From Eledone cirrhosa (Eukaryota): DNA of 64,000 nucleotides. Shown one piece after another: positions 1 to 14,007 of the stretch. The position numbers and the translations under genes are program-made. The notes under the pieces were generated by a model. That model saw only the letters and a program-made list of their open reading frames with translations. It did no database searches and was not told the origin of the DNA. Each line of letters begins with the position of its first letter. Positions within the stretch are counted from its first letter, which is position 1. The stretch spans positions 86,366,001 to 86,430,000 of the forward strand of contig OZ024740.1 in NCBI GenBank assembly GCA_964016885.1, given 5' to 3'.

Positions 1-374
1 AAAGATACAACCTGCACTCACTATACAGCAATAAATATATACAACCAAAACCTAATCGACTACATACAACATAACACACGCATTTCAGAAATACATCACA
101 TAACACCCCAAAAATTCGCATCACCCACACTCATAAAAAATATAAACATAGATAAAAAAACGTACACAAATTTAAAAACAAAATTCCCCAAGGCAATTGG
201 TGAATACCGAAAGGCACTCTCCAGAAGGATACACATAGACGTATATGGAAATGAAACCACATGTGACTCAAAAGACTAAGGCAGTTGGCCTTTCCCACTT
301 TCCTGCTCTTCATCGAACATAGCTTAATTTAGGATAGGCAGTGTAAATACATGTGGCCTGATATCGTCATGGAA

Positions 375-650
375 ACAGGACGCGGAGTTGATGTGCTATT
401 TCGGAAAGGCCTGGATCTTGCGATACAGACCATCATACTGGATCCAGAAGGTAAGTTGGTGGTGCCGGACGTGACCAGCAGCAACGGCTATTCTTTTAGG
501 CGAGTGGCTGCCAATGCCCCGACAGGGCAGGGCGGCCTCATTTCTTCAGACGCGTTAAAATCTATCTAGGAACGTCCCGCTCTTTAATGTTAATGAGAAA
601 CTGGAACGGTATCTTGGAGGAACGCTGGGACTTTGTGGAACTAGCGGGTC
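375..650 (+). mobile_element. Tx1/L1-clade LINE fragment (APE endonuclease), decayed
   Basis: Translation GRGVDVLFRKGLDL...DPEGKLVV..V...APTG, then ..LGTSRSL..NWNGIL; nucleotide similarity of 568-645 to 42301-42375 of the large Tx1 element. Confidence 0.8.
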
Positions 651-845
651 TGTCATGAAAGCTCTCCCACCCCTTCTACCTCTCTATTCCCACCCTCTTT
701 AAACACACACACACACACTCACATACACACACAAATATATATATGAAACAGTTCTAGTCCTGTAGAACCATTTCTATATTAAATATTATATACTCTACTA
801 TGTATTGAGTCCCTTCCTTACTCTGGTTACCCTAGATTGAACCCT

Positions 846-981
<136 letters not shown>

Positions 982-1099
982 AAAAGAAATTGAAAATGCT
1001 GTGTGGGACTTCTTATGTGTGTATATATATATATATATATACCTTCAGATTTTTATTGTAACTTTAAAAAAATTAAATTTGAAATTACATATCTCAGTT

Positions 1100-1512
1100 C
1101 AGAATAAATATTATTGATCGAAATAACAACCATTAAAACATTTTTGCAAATGATGCAAGTTTATTTATTCCAGCAACTTCCAGCATTCTCAAGTTCTGGA
1201 GGCAATGAATTCTTCGAAGGCATATTTTACGGCTGTTTGATTATTGAAGGCGTTTCCTTGCAAGAATTTATCCAAAACGGTTAAAAATGTGGTATTCGAT
1301 TGGCAAAAGTTTCGGTGAAAAGGCTGATTGAGGCAGAGTTTGAAGCCCGATTGGTTGCACGTGGTGTTGTCGAGCATTGTCGTGCAAGAGAATTGAGCCT
1401 TTTTATTGAGCAATTCTAGGCTAATAAGCCGCAATTTCTTTTATTCATTTCATCGATTTCCTGACAGAACTACTCTGTTGTGATCATTTTGCTAGATTTC
1501 AGAAAGTTCTTT
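1100..1512 (-). mobile_element. Mariner (DD34D) transposase C-terminal fragment, decayed
   Basis: ORF 1189-1434 contains LDKFLQGNAFNNQTAVKYAFEEFIASRT; neighbouring frames give HDNAR and GINKLAS..KCFNGCYFD, typical mariner C-terminus. Confidence 0.85.
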
Positions 1513-1516
1513 TCTT

Positions 1517-1655
1517 CCTGAATTAAAATCTCGCCGAGTTCAATTTTGCCTTTCATCCTTCCGGGGTCGATAAAATAAAGTACCAGTAATGAACTGGAAT
1601 CAAGATTATCGACTTATAGCTCCTTCCAAGCTGGTCTTGTGTCTAAATTAGAAAC
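1517..1655 (+). mobile_element. tRNA-derived SINE, 5'-truncated (family with TTTGCCTTTCATCCTT..GGGGTCGATAAAATAAAGTACCAGT core)
   Basis: Core and GCTGG.CTTGTG.C.AAA.TAGAAAC tail shared with many copies in the window. Confidence 0.8.
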
Positions 1656-2272
1656 ATGTTTTTCACATGCAGCTTCTTCTGTGACACATCCCTGCAGATG
1701 AGTTTGAATCACAAATATATAGTTCCCTCTGACAATGGTTTTAATACCAGTGGTGATAATACCTCATGTTCTTTTGGCTCAAGGTGTAGCTAGTGATATT
1801 TTATGTCGACTATACAGTTGTAACCAGTTCCAGCATGCACCAAATAATTTTGGTGAATATTTACCCTTTGCACTCAGCTTTCGTTCTTCTTTGATGAAAC
1901 ATTTTCTGATTCCCTATCCACTTCATCAATTGGTGTTCTACTATCGTTCATAAGGCTAACATACATAAATACATACATATATACGTTCATATATACATGG
2001 ACACATATATACGCGACAATGGCTGTCTATTCATGTCAGTAGAAGACTACACGTACAAACGTACATACATACATTCATACACATATACATACATGCATAC
2101 GTACATTCATGCATACATACATACATTCATCCATCGATCTATACGCACATACACACATACATACATGCATACACACATACATACATACTACATTCATGTA
2201 TACATACATTCATCCACCCATAACAAAATACATATATACATGCATTCATACATACATACATACATACATACA

Positions 2273-2303
<31 letters not shown>

Positions 2304-2626
2304 CATACATACATACATACATACATACATTTACATGCGTTTTCCTGTGCATTATTAATTTTATTGGTCTGCGGTGTAGACAGGAAATAATATGAAGGAT
2401 TATACGCGAAGAATTAAGGAAGTATATATGTTTGACCTTTACATGTAATTGAGAATTACTTCAAGAAAATCAGAATGTTGCAAATGAAATATATGTCAGA
2501 GCTTTCCACACAACAGAATTTCTACAAGATTACGGCTTTTGTTGTAAAAGGGACCTACTTCAGGAAGGTCAGGCGCTAAATAGACATTTCAGAATGACAG
2601 AAATGTAGAAACGCAGCTTTTCTTAC

Positions 2627-3144
2627 ACGCAAGTCCTTCTGGTTTAGTTGCTGGAGAAAATACTTGTCAATTTCATTGACAAGTTCATTTGTGTTGTACT
2701 GCTCGATATTAAAATCCGCACTGCTGGAAATTGTGATCTTTAGCATGATTCATGGCCAACAGGGGAATTTTAATCGAAATTTTCTATATAAGAACGAAGG
2801 AAAATGTTCCAAAAAAACATACATATGCCTTTATCCTTTCACTTTCTTTCATTAAACGTAAACAGGTTATGATGGATATTTACTGTACCATCGGAGAATT
2901 GCTGCTGGTGTTGGATCCCTAACAAATAGAAAAGATTCGAGAATATTCGATTTTCCCCTTTAACACAAACGTTATGCAGTAGTTGTTTACCTTGCTTTAT
3001 ATTTTTGGAAACAGCAAGAAAGAGTCTTCATGCCAGAAATTGCTGCGCTCAGCAAATCATTATTCCATCCATCACTACACTAACTGCATTCTTTACTATT
3101 TGTAGTACAGATAACTTTACACGTGCCATTCTTGATTTACAAAA
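2627..3144 (-). pseudogene. Possible decayed exons (about 2991-3144, 2889-2918, 2627-2783); first has EGF-like Cys spacing
   Basis: Each segment is bounded by pyrimidine-rich..AG and GTAAAC/GTACAG/GTAAGA; frame KNGTCKVICTTNSKECS*CSDGWN; in-frame stops present. Confidence 0.25.
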
Positions 3145-3802
3145 CTATTAAATTAGATGGCTAAGGGGATAGAAAAGAGAAGAAAGCATTGACAACTTGT
3201 CGCACAATATCCAGAAATAAATACGACCAAAACTCCGAGGGCAGTTTATTCTTTTCACTCGAGCAGTTTTGAGAACTGTTGGTTCAATACCATTCCAATT
3301 TTTCAAATACGTCAATACAAACACGTAATACAGAGAAACCTGTCAACTGCAAAGCTCTATAGAGATGCGACGAACCTTAGGACGCTATGTTTGTTAAAAT
3401 ACAGTTACCTGAAATAATCCTTTTGTTTTCGTCATACAAGCATGTTAACCAGCGTATATTTCGTATATCTGTGGTAAGTACTAAGAGAACCAATCTGATT
3501 ATATTCTTGTTTGCATGATAAAAGAAATTGTTGATATAAAATTAACTTTCATGTCAACATCTTTAAGCTAAATCTTCTACATGTATGTTAAAAAGCATCT
3601 GACACTTTAGAAACACGCACACTAGATACCAATATATCAGCGCACGCATTTAAAAGCATGCATCTCAGTCATCATTATGCAGAAAAAAATATTGGTCTTT
3701 TCCATATACTTATGATTAAAGATTATGTTTGATATAAATAATCAAGCTTTCTGAGACTTATGTGTATATGTGTATGTGGGTTTATGTGTGTTTATGCATA
3801 TA

Positions 3803-4120
3803 TGTGAAGGCTTAGTGGTTAGAGCGTAGATAGAGCATGAAGTTGTGAGTTCGATTCTCGGAACGGACTTTGCGTTTTGTTCTTGAGCAAGACACTTTAT
3901 TTCACGTTACTCCAGTTCACTCAACTGTTGAAAAATGTTGCGTTGTTACTTGTACCTAGCTGTATCAGTCTTTGCCTTTCTCTTCGACAACATCCGTGGC
4001 GTGAAGAGGGAAGATTGGCATGCATCAGAAACTGCTGTTCTTCCATAAACAAACTTACCCTGACCTATGCCTCGGAGGGGAACTTTCTAAGTGCAAATCT
4101 CATGGTCTTTACCCATTTTT
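3803..4120 (+). mobile_element. CORE-like tRNA-derived SINE with (TATG)n tail
   Basis: A-box-like TAGTGGTTAG, B-box-like GAGTTCGATTC, core TTCTTGAGCAAGACACTTTATTTCACGTT.CTCCAGT; related copies at 40596-40830 (+), 60215-60415 (-), 62060-62140 (-), 29570-29650 (-). Confidence 0.75.
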
Positions 4121-4791
4121 TATGTATGTATGTATGTATGTATGTATGTATGTATGTATGTATGTATGTATGTATGTATGTATGTATGTATGTATGTATG
4201 TATGCATGTATGTATGTATTTATATATGTGTCTATGTATGTTCTCATTTTATTATTTATAAATTCTCACCGAGAAAGAGAGGGGGTTTCCAACATAGAAA
4301 CAAGATTTGTTCTTTGAAATTTAGACATCAACTAGTAAATATATATATTCGTATGTTTGCATGCATATATGCCAGGTATGGGCGTTGTTTCCTGTGTAGA
4401 TCTGTATGTTTCGAGTTATATGTGTACAGGTGCATACGTTTCTATATATATACATGTGTATACAGAATTATTGTATGTTAAATTTCTTAAATGTTTTACA
4501 TAATTTTAGCGTTCCATTAATGGATTTGACATGTAACATCCTAACTACCCGTGCTCTATCTGGTTCTGTGAGGTTGAGCTTCTCATGATTTCTACAGAGG
4601 CAGTAAGCAATATACCCAAGTGATCACAGGTATAAATCTAAAGGTATATTTAGGGTGGAGTATCTGCTGATTCCAGATTATTTCGGCAAAAATATTCTCT
4701 ATGTCTTTAACATTGTATTAACTTCTCATACACTAGACAGGTGATTTCCTACTACTGCGCATACCTTCTTTTTGCATGTATGTATGTATGC

Positions 4792-4975
4792 ATGTCGGGT
4801 CATTCTTGAGTGCTACTGGTAACATGTAACCTAGTACAACCTGCCACATGGTCAGGTAGTCGGCGTCTAAACCGGCAACCCCACCAAGTTTTCTTGGTGA
4901 TTTTGGACACCCTGCAGGACAAAAACCAAAACCTGACAAAGGGCGGAAGAACTCATAAGAGTCAACGGCCATCTA
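4792..4975 (+). mobile_element. 5' leader fragment of RTE family B
   Basis: Clearly similar to the reverse complement of 55225-55410. Confidence 0.75.
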
Positions 4976-5046
4976 ACAATGTGTAATTATGTATATACGT
5001 GTATATATGTATATATGTATATAAATGTATACATATGTGTATATAT

Positions 5047-5428
5047 GCGCTGGGACATATAAATAATCGGGATGGATACCCGATCATGTGGTTAAACCAC
5101 TGGGAGTGAATGACCCCCTAGCCTTTGTCAGGGCATTCTGCTAGGAGAAGGCAACTCAGGAAAGTGGGATAACTCCAACATAAAACCTGCGGTTCAGTGG
5201 TTACCGATGATGTTGATCTTTTCTTCTTTTCGGGTTATAGCTACTGTCGCTCAGAGAGTGGGATTGGCTCAGTGCACAGTCTTTCCTCACTTTAAAAAAT
5301 ATCTTCACGCACAGACATTGCACGATAACATTAATTAATAATTACTAATAATGTCATATCGTGCAATGGCCATACTCGATAATGAGGGAGCAGCCATCAT
5401 GTATGTATGTATTTATGTATGTATGTAT
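5047..5428 (+). mobile_element. Non-autonomous bipartite RTE derivative (5' UTR + 3' end, no ORF) with (GTAT)n tail
   Basis: 5047-5325 matches revcomp of 59153-59434; 5359-5400 matches revcomp of 55484-55525. Confidence 0.85.
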
Positions 5429-5710
5429 AGGCGGCGAATTAGCAGAGTCGTTAGAACTTCGGATAGAATGCTTTGTGGTATTCGTTTTGCTGAAGTCAAC
5501 TTTGCCTTTCATCCATTCGAAGTCGATAATAAAGTACGATTCTTCCGCTATATCTCCTTCTCGCTTTAAATCTCTCACTCTCTAACCTTCTCTGGAATTC
5601 TTAGTATTCAGACCTGGAGAGGATATGTTCTTCGCCAAGTTTAAGAATTCCTTACAAACTCCCTATGCCAATGTGACACCCCTACGATGCCCTGGGGAGT
5701 CACGTGACCA
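5429..5710 (+). mobile_element. tRNA-derived SINE family 2 (GGCGGCGAATTGGCAGAGTC head, shared core, CT-rich linker, CAGACCTGGAGAGG tail)
   Basis: Related copies at about 19437-19770, 30270-30620 and 34432-34760. Confidence 0.75.
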
Positions 5711-5897
5711 TGTATGTATGTATGTATGTATGTATGTATATAGTATGTATTCATGCAATAATGAATAACATTTCTCATAGGAGTGTATGCAATTCCGAGT
5801 CAAACTATTTGTAGAAACAGAATATAAACTGTACAAAGCGTAGTCAGTGTTCTTTCGTTTTGTTTGTATAACCATCTATAGACATAAAAAAAATATG

Positions 5898-5955
<58 letters not shown>

Positions 5956-5956
<1 letters not shown>

Positions 5957-8900
5957 CGTAGGAAGTGTGATAAGGAACCAGGTGGAGCATAACGCACCAA
6001 AGTACTCAATACTTAGGGTAGTAGAGTGGGTAATAGGAACGAGTAGGACCCCGACGGCTGAGCTCAAGCCGTTTCGACGGCTAATTCTGGACTAAATGAA
6101 AATTTTTATCCTGGTATATGAATAGCCGAGCTTCTCAGGGGGTAATTCCATATATAGTAAAAGTGATTGTCACAAGGATTGGTCAAAAGTTTGTTGTTGA
6201 GACACAATATTCTATCATGGCAATTTGTGGAAGGAAGGGGTAGCTGAACCTGCCAGTAGAAGAAAGAGGGAGAGGGAGTGGAGGAAACCCAGTCGTGCGT
6301 TAATAGTGCCAACTACAGTAGGGCAGGAGGTCAAGCAAGTATACTAGGGAGGGGGAGGAAGTCGAAACAATAAGTAAATCAATATGGAGTAAATATATAG
6401 AAGAATACCAAGAATGTTAAGAATATAAAAAACAATTTCTGGTTACTATTACCTAACCACAGTCATCAAGTCTCTCACTGGTACTGCTAAACTATAGAAA
6501 AGTTTACTAGGTGGGACGGAATTGTAGTGAGACCATTTTAAGAGTTAGTAGTAATCAACCGAGTATATCTTACGGTGAGAGGTCAACAAGTGGGGGGCCA
6601 AAATACTAAAGAAACTACCACGAAATAATAATTCAGAGTCCCGAAACTAATACGAAATAATTGTTTCTACCCTAGGCACAAGGCCAGCAACCACCCAGTG
6701 CAAAAAATAAACTAATACGAAATAATAATTCAGAATTCCGAAAAGTTTCGGGACTCTGAATTATTATTTCGTGGTAGTTTCTTTAGTATTTTGGCCCCCA
6801 CTTTTTGACCTGTCACCGTAAGATATACTCGGTTGATTTCTACTAACTCTTAAAATGGTCTCACTACAATTCCGTCCCACCTAGTAAACTTTTCTATAGT
6901 TTAGCAGTACCAGTGAGAGACTTGATGACTGTCGTTAGGGAATAGTAACCAGAAATTATTTTTTTATATTTTTAACATTCTTGGTATTCTTCTATATATT
7001 TACTCCATATTGATTTACTTATTGTTTCGACTTCCTCCCCCTCCCCCTCCATAGTATACTTACTTGACCTCCTGCCCTGCTGTAGTTGGCACTATCAACG
7101 CACGACTGGGTTTCCTCCACTCCCTCTCCCTCTTTCTTCTACCACACACTGATCAGGAGCAGCCGAAACTCCACCTATAAAAAGGCTAACCACATCGAGG
7201 ACATAAATCGAGATGGACAACAAATTACCTCCAGCCTCGGGGTTGCCGACCGCACGGAACCCCTAGACCCACGGACACCCTACTTCACACTGAAGGACCA
7301 CAAATCCGATTTCGACCGTAAACCTTCTATCAGGCTTATAAACCCAACGAAGTCCGACATAGGGAGAATCAGTAAAACAAATCCTAGAGGGCGTTATACC
7401 AAAAGTTAAGCAACACGCCAGACTTAGCCTATGGGTCAACACCCAGGAAGTAATCTCATGGTTCAGCAATATGGAGGACAAACGAGACACAAAATTCATC
7501 CAGTTTGACATAGAGAGTTACTATGCTTCAATTACCTTACCGCTACTTACGGCTGCCTTGGACTTTGCCGAGACACTTGCGGCCATCACGGACCAGGAAA
7601 TAAACATCATCCTCCACGCCAGGAAGACAGTCCTACTTTTCGACAACTCCAAATGGATAAAGAGAGCTCCCGACTCACCCTTCGACGTCAGCATGGGCGC
7701 GACGGATTCGGCTGAGGTCACAGATCTTATAGGATTATTCCTACTAGTTAAACTCACCGATATGTTTCCTGCATTCGGCGGTCGATTGTACCGTGATGAT
7801 GGGCTCCTTACCCTTAAAGGGTACAACCCCAGTAATACAGACCGGGTCCGTAACAATTAATCGGCTTCTTCCGCGACTGGGGATTTAAAATAACCCTACA
7901 AACGTCCCTGACCCGAGTAAACTTCCTGGACGTTACCCTTGACCTCGATAATGATCTGTACTACCCATACAGGAAACCTAACGACAACCTGCACTACATC
8001 CACCGCCGGTCAAACCATCCCAGGAACATCACTAATAACCTGGTTAAAAACATCTCCCTCCGCATATCTCGTTTGTCCGCTAATGAGCAGATATTCGAGG
8101 AACATGCGCCTTATTACAACCAGGCCCTCAAGCGGAGTGGCTTCCGGGAGGAAATATCCTACTGTCCAGGTTCCATTAGCGGAACCAGCAGGCGACACCG
8201 CCGCTCACTCAATGTAACATGGTTCAATCCTCCCCACAACGCCGAGGTGACAACTCCTATCGGGAAAATCTTCTTTAGGCTCATCGAAAAACACTTCCCA
8301 CTACAACACCGCTACCACAACATAATCAACAAAAATACCATCAAACTCTCCTACAGCACCACACCAAACTTTGCACAAAACATCGTCTCCTCTAACAACA
8401 AAAAACTCAACCCCTATGGAAGAAATAACCTAAATAGCAGTGGAGAGTCGACCAGGAGGTGCAACTGTCCTGATGGATCCATTTTCCCCCTCGACAACAG
8501 ATGCAGAGATCGTAATGTGATCTACCAGTGCAACGTGAGGACGGACACCTCTAACAAAGCTTATATAGGATTAACCGCATGTGACTTCAGGACCCGGCTA
8601 TACCAACACAGACATACTTTCCGAAACCCGGCCTGGCGTCACGCCAACACACTTTCGGGCCACATCAGGGATCTCAAAGATAACAATATTACCTATGATC
8701 TCACTTGGAGCTTACTGTCCAGAGTCAACTCTTACACGGGAGGACGCCGTCCGTGCAATTTATGCTCGGAGGAAACTTTACAAATGCTGTTTCGACGGAC
8801 CAACTCCTAAACAAGAAAGACGAACTGGTAATTGCATGCAAACACAGATTGCGTAGGACTTACCTCGCCCTCAAACCCCATAATGACCCGGGGGTGGGGG

Positions 8901-10152
8901 TGGGGGGTAGACAAGGGCTGTAACACCGCACTTGCCGACTTTGTAATGGGTAACCCCTGCTTGCAAAGGTAGACGTAAGATCTTCTTTTATATTTTTTTA
9001 TCGTTTCCTCTATATTTCCTTCTTCCCCCCATCCCTTCCTAGTCCTTCCACCCAGTCCTCCTTCTTTGTCGTCGTCCTTTTCACTTTCTCGCCCACCCGA
9101 GGCAGCCCCTCGGTCCTTTGTAGCCTCAGTACCCCCACCCCCATCCCCTATTCTATGATAGAATTGGCCGACTCCGCTTTTTATAGCAGATGTGATAGAC
9201 CCCAGATACTTGCTTTCTTATCCGATGGCTGCCCCATTTCCGTGCTTTCTACATTTTTTAGTGGTATCTCTGCTTTAATTTCTCGTATATCAGTATTTTC
9301 TTTTTTTTGGGGGGGGGGGGGATTCTGAATTAATTTTCCGTATCAAATTTTTCATATACTTCGTACGAGCATTTATGTAGTTTGCACTAGAATTTTTTGT
9401 ATCGTAGCGGCACCCTTAGTATTAGTATTCATTTTCGGGATTCTGAATTATTATTTCGTATTAGTTTATTTTTTGCACTGGGTGGTTGCTGGCCTTGTGC
9501 CTAGGGTAGAAACAATTATTTCGTATTAGTTTCGGGACTCTGAATTATTATTTCGTGGTAGTTTCTTTAGTATTTTGGCCCCCCACTTGTTGACCTGTCA
9601 CCGTAAGATATACTCGGTTGATTACTACTAACTCTTAAAATGGTCTCACTACAATTCCGTCCCACCTAGTAAACTTTTCTATAGTTTAAAGTACCAGTGA
9701 GAGACTTGATGACTGTGGTTAGGGAATAGTAACCAGAAATTGTTTTTTTATATTTTTAACATTCTTGGTATTCTTCTATATATTTACTCCATATTGATTT
9801 ACTTATTGTTTCGACTTCCTCCCCCTCCCTAGTATACTTGCTTGACCTCCTGCCCTACTGTAGTTGGCACTATCAACGCACGACTGGGTTTCCTCCACTC
9901 CCTCTCCCTCTTTCTTCTACTGGCAGGTTCTTCTACTGGCAGCTACCCCTTCCTTCCACAAATTGCCATGATAGAATTATGTGTGTGTCTCAACAACAAA
10001 CTTTTGACCAATCCTTGTGACAATCACTTTTACCATATATGGAATTACCCCCTGAGAAGCTCGGCTATTCATATACCAGGATAAAAATTTTCATTCAGTC
10101 CAGAATTAGCCGTCGAAACGGCTTGAGCTCAGCCGTCGGGGTCCTACTCGTT

Positions 10153-10155
<3 letters not shown>
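5956..10155 (+). mobile_element. Penelope-like element 1, 5'-truncated and frameshifted; inverted pLTR (5956-6744) + partial direct pLTR (6746-7140) + ORF remnants (about 7145-8870) + 3' pLTR; in (TA)n
   Basis: RT motifs FTLKDHK, RLINP, FIQFDIESYY, FDVSMGATDSAEV, LYRDDGL, NFLDVTL, YRKP..SNHP; WFNPP; CNC-x5-(F)-x5-C linker; GIY-YIG VIYQC..YIGLT; CNLCSEE. Motifs resemble Hydra-group PLEs (from memory, needs a tree). Confidence 0.93.
10047..10142 (+). ncRNA. Type I hammerhead-like motif in PLE1 pLTR, variant core CUGAGA(A)
   Basis: Stem I ACCCC/GGGGT; stem II CGGCTA/TAGCCG; GAAA; near-palindromic stem III ACGGCT..AGCCGT; GUC site 10135-10137; near-identical inverted copy at about 6047-6144. Confidence 0.75.
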
Positions 10156-10238
<83 letters not shown>

Positions 10239-11698
10239 TATAGAATTATTGTAAACACATACTTTTAGAAACAGAAAAAGACCACATTTAAAGTAAAGAG
10301 TTCAAAGAATCAAGGAGAAATGGTATATTAATTTATTAAAGCACGAGCCTTCCACTCGTAAAGATGTATTTCTGTAGGAAACAGAGCTAGCCTCTAAAAG
10401 GTTTTACACCGGAATCACATTTGATCAGACGCGTGCAATCTGGTCATGTGATGAGTGGTATCTACATGTATTGGTTGTCTGTTAATCTAACAGAGGAGAG
10501 TACATAATTTAGGTGACAGCCTTCCGTGTGACAGATGACACACAGAAATAGCTGGACAATGCGCTTGTGCTGACCGACATCTCGGCACAGAAACCTTGTA
10601 GTGATGATGTGTATTAGAAGCTACAAACAGAGGGAAAATTTGTGTAAGCCTCTGTAGGATTTGTGCCTCTAATTCTAAAGTCCAGCCTTGTTATATATTA
10701 CATTATGCTGATTCTGTCTAATAATTACATTAATCGTAGATGTGTCTTTGTAATATTCAATCACTTCAACTGCAATTCATGAGTCGTATGTTCAGTTAAT
10801 CGAACTGACGGAGGATCCATCATATACTAAAATAGAGAATTACAACAAAACCAAATGCTGGAGGTGCAGTATTTTGACATAAACATTATTTGACACTATT
10901 TGACACAGAGTCACTCTAATTATTTGCCAAAACCTTGATCTTGACAAATAATTAAGTAGAGTGACTCGAAAGATTAACAAATACTAATGTATTATGAATT
11001 TAGAACCAGATTCCGAATCACCAAGGATGCGTGGAAGTAACGCAGTTTTCAGAATATAGAACGTAATCTTATTTTGCAGAAAATATTTAGATAAAAAAGG
11101 TTAATAATCAGCTGAAAGATATATATAATACTATTGTATATATTATACATATTATACATATTATATATTTATTGTTTTAATATCCAGTGTATAGATTGGG
11201 TGCAGATTTTGACATAAATTGGGGATAGAAATTTATGCATTTATTCACCGGAAATGAGGTACATTTTCATTCTTATGAAACTATAAACATATGTATCAAC
11301 ATTTCCTACTCTCAGGTGTCGATTTTAACGTAACATATCATCAGTCTAATTGAAGAGGAATTTTAACTATAATTCACACAGGGAATAACATCTAAAATGT
11401 ATACTTACAAATAAGGTTTCTTAAGTCTGCACTCACTGATTCATTTATTCGTTTACTTGTAAATTTAATTATTTGTTTGGTTAAAGTGTTCTCCATTTAA
11501 GCTTTACACAACTACATCGAACTACTTCCTATAGAGGATATATATAGATATTGTATGTGTGTTTGTGTGTGTATGTGTTTATGTTTGTATGCGTGTGTAT
11601 ACATATATTTATATAGATAGAAATGTACATATATATATACATATATCTAAATATGCATTGTGAATGAAATTTGGTAGACGAAATTAGAGAAGTGCATC

Positions 11699-11766
<68 letters not shown>

Positions 11767-11938
11767 ATGGCTGTGTGTGTGTGTGTGTGTGTGTATGGCT
11801 GTGTGTGTGTGTGTGCATATATATATACGTATATATACATATATATACGTATATACATATGTATATATACGTATGTACATATAAATATTACGTATATACA
11901 TATGTATATATACGTATGTACATATGTATATATACGTA

Positions 11939-11979
<41 letters not shown>

Positions 11980-12190
11980 TTACATACATACAGAAAATAC
12001 ATTTTGTGAAAAGAATTACTTCAGTTTACTGTATAACCACCAGCTATAAAATTAACTTTTAATTCAATACATTATTTTGCTGAAGATTTTATTCATTTAT
12101 TTATTTATTATTACTTTTTCGACATTGATATTTTACCTCTTATTAGACAATACAATTGTTTACAAAAGATTTATTTCCAAAAAATGTCTG

Positions 12191-12332
<142 letters not shown>

Positions 12333-12939
12333 TAATATATATATACGTTGGTCACAGCATACACTAATTCATACACACATATGATGCTACTAAGCTAAAT
12401 TTGATTTTTATATAAAACTTTACTCATTTTTACACATAAAAATTCATTAATTTATATATATACAAAGCGAGCGAAAGAGATGGAGAGAACGAGAGAGAGA
12501 GAGAGAGTGAGTGAGAGAGAGAGAGAAAGAGAGAGGGGGGTAGAGAAGTATATATGAAAGTATATATAATATGTTTATGTATTATGGTTTCTAATTTAGG
12601 CACAAGGCCAACAATTTTATGTGCACTAGCAAGTCGATTAAATCAGCATCAATGCGTTACTGAAACTTTATTTTAATGTTTGTTTAATATATATACCTAC
12701 CTCTCGGTGTACCCATATCACAGCTACCCTAGTAACTGGATAAGAATGCAAAATAATAGCAATTCGATATCTTTATCAATCTTTAGTGATATTTACAAAT
12801 TCGGTACTAAAGCAAAATAAAATAACTTTTATAGAGGTTTTTGCAATATGGTGTAAGCTTGAAGGGATTGTAATAATAAGCAGCTGAGCAAACAGGGCGT
12901 AATTCGAAATATGAACGCTTTTACAAGGGATCTATGTAT

Positions 12940-13115
12940 TGGCAGTATCGGTAGAGGGTCGGACGCCATGCTTTGACGCAAAGAGTTACGGCCCTTGCCA
13001 TTCTGAGTTCCAATCCCGCGAGGTTAATTTGCCTTTCATCCTTACGGGGTCGATAAAATAAAGTACCAGTAATGTACTGGGTATTTACTGGCCTTGTGCC
13101 AAAATTAGAAACAAT
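12940..13115 (+). mobile_element. tRNA-derived SINE family 1
   Basis: ATTGGCAGTATCGGTAGAG head, GAGTTC.AATCCCG B-box, shared core and tail; other copies at about 14050-14240(-), 22086-22280(+), 26155-26285(-), 26510-26680(-), 28598-28795(+), 30745-30930(+), 31420-31500(-), 31515-31710(+), 60610-60770(+). Confidence 0.85.
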
Positions 13116-13588
13116 TAATCATGAATATGTCTCGCTGTGCATGTTTCAAACTGTGATTATGTCACAGTAACTTTAGTGAACGAGTGGAAATACTAAATAT
13201 TTGTATTTCTAAATATTAGTATTTCTAGATCTTTATCCGTCCTCAGTCATGTTTACTCACTCAGTATCAAGACAAAATATGCTGATATATAGATTTTTGC
13301 AAATAATTGCATATAGTGAGGGCTTGACGGGCTGGTATCAATTAATTTTGGCTCTAAGACAGCATAATTCAAAATAGATGCGTATATTTGTTTATATATG
13401 ACATACATACATAATTCGAGCTGTGGATATTTTATGAAAATGTCATATATATATACTCAAGCGGAGTATTTAAAATTAGGACACACACAGGCAATTTCAG
13501 TTTTATATAGATGCATAGAAGATAAATATATATTTATATATATATATTTGTTCGTACTGCCTCTCTGTTTGTTCCCCTTCCATTTTTC

Positions 13589-13665
<77 letters not shown>

Positions 13666-13667
<2 letters not shown>

Positions 13668-14007
13668 ATAAAATGAAACGAAATTTCATTTCTCACTCAC
13701 TCTTAGTACGGCTGTTACTTAAATATAAGTATGTATAAGTACATGCACATATGTATACAGACGTACAGTAGTATGTATATATATATACACATACATGCAC
13801 ACATATTTATATGTACGTATGGATTTACCGAACATTTATTATAATGCTCGTTTTGTTTGTAAACAAACATCTCGAATTAAGCCGTACAGTGTTTAGCAAC
13901 CATCGTTGCCCTTTTGTTCAACACTGGCAAAGGAACGGTGTACTAGTTTCAAGCTTATTAGCTATCGTCAGCACCGTATACCTTCCTGCCAGATTATTGA
14001 ACGTCTG
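13666..14007 (-). mobile_element. Retrozyme-like element family A, partial monomer
   Basis: Collinear and similar to 24980-25315; contains hammerhead at 13935-13977. Confidence 0.85.
13935..13977 (-). ncRNA. Minimal type I hammerhead ribozyme (family A)
   Basis: ACGGTG-CTGACGA-T-AGCT-AATA-AGCT-T-GAAA-CTAG-TA-CACCGT: 6-bp stem I, canonical core, palindromic stem III. Confidence 0.9.

Noticed and set aside
200-280. Possible hammerhead near CCAGAAGG..GAAA-C-CACATGTG
   Set aside because: Core and stems too degenerate to support
744-770. GAAA-CAG..CTG-TA 3' half of a hammerhead
   Set aside because: 5' half absent (replaced by microsatellite); could be chance
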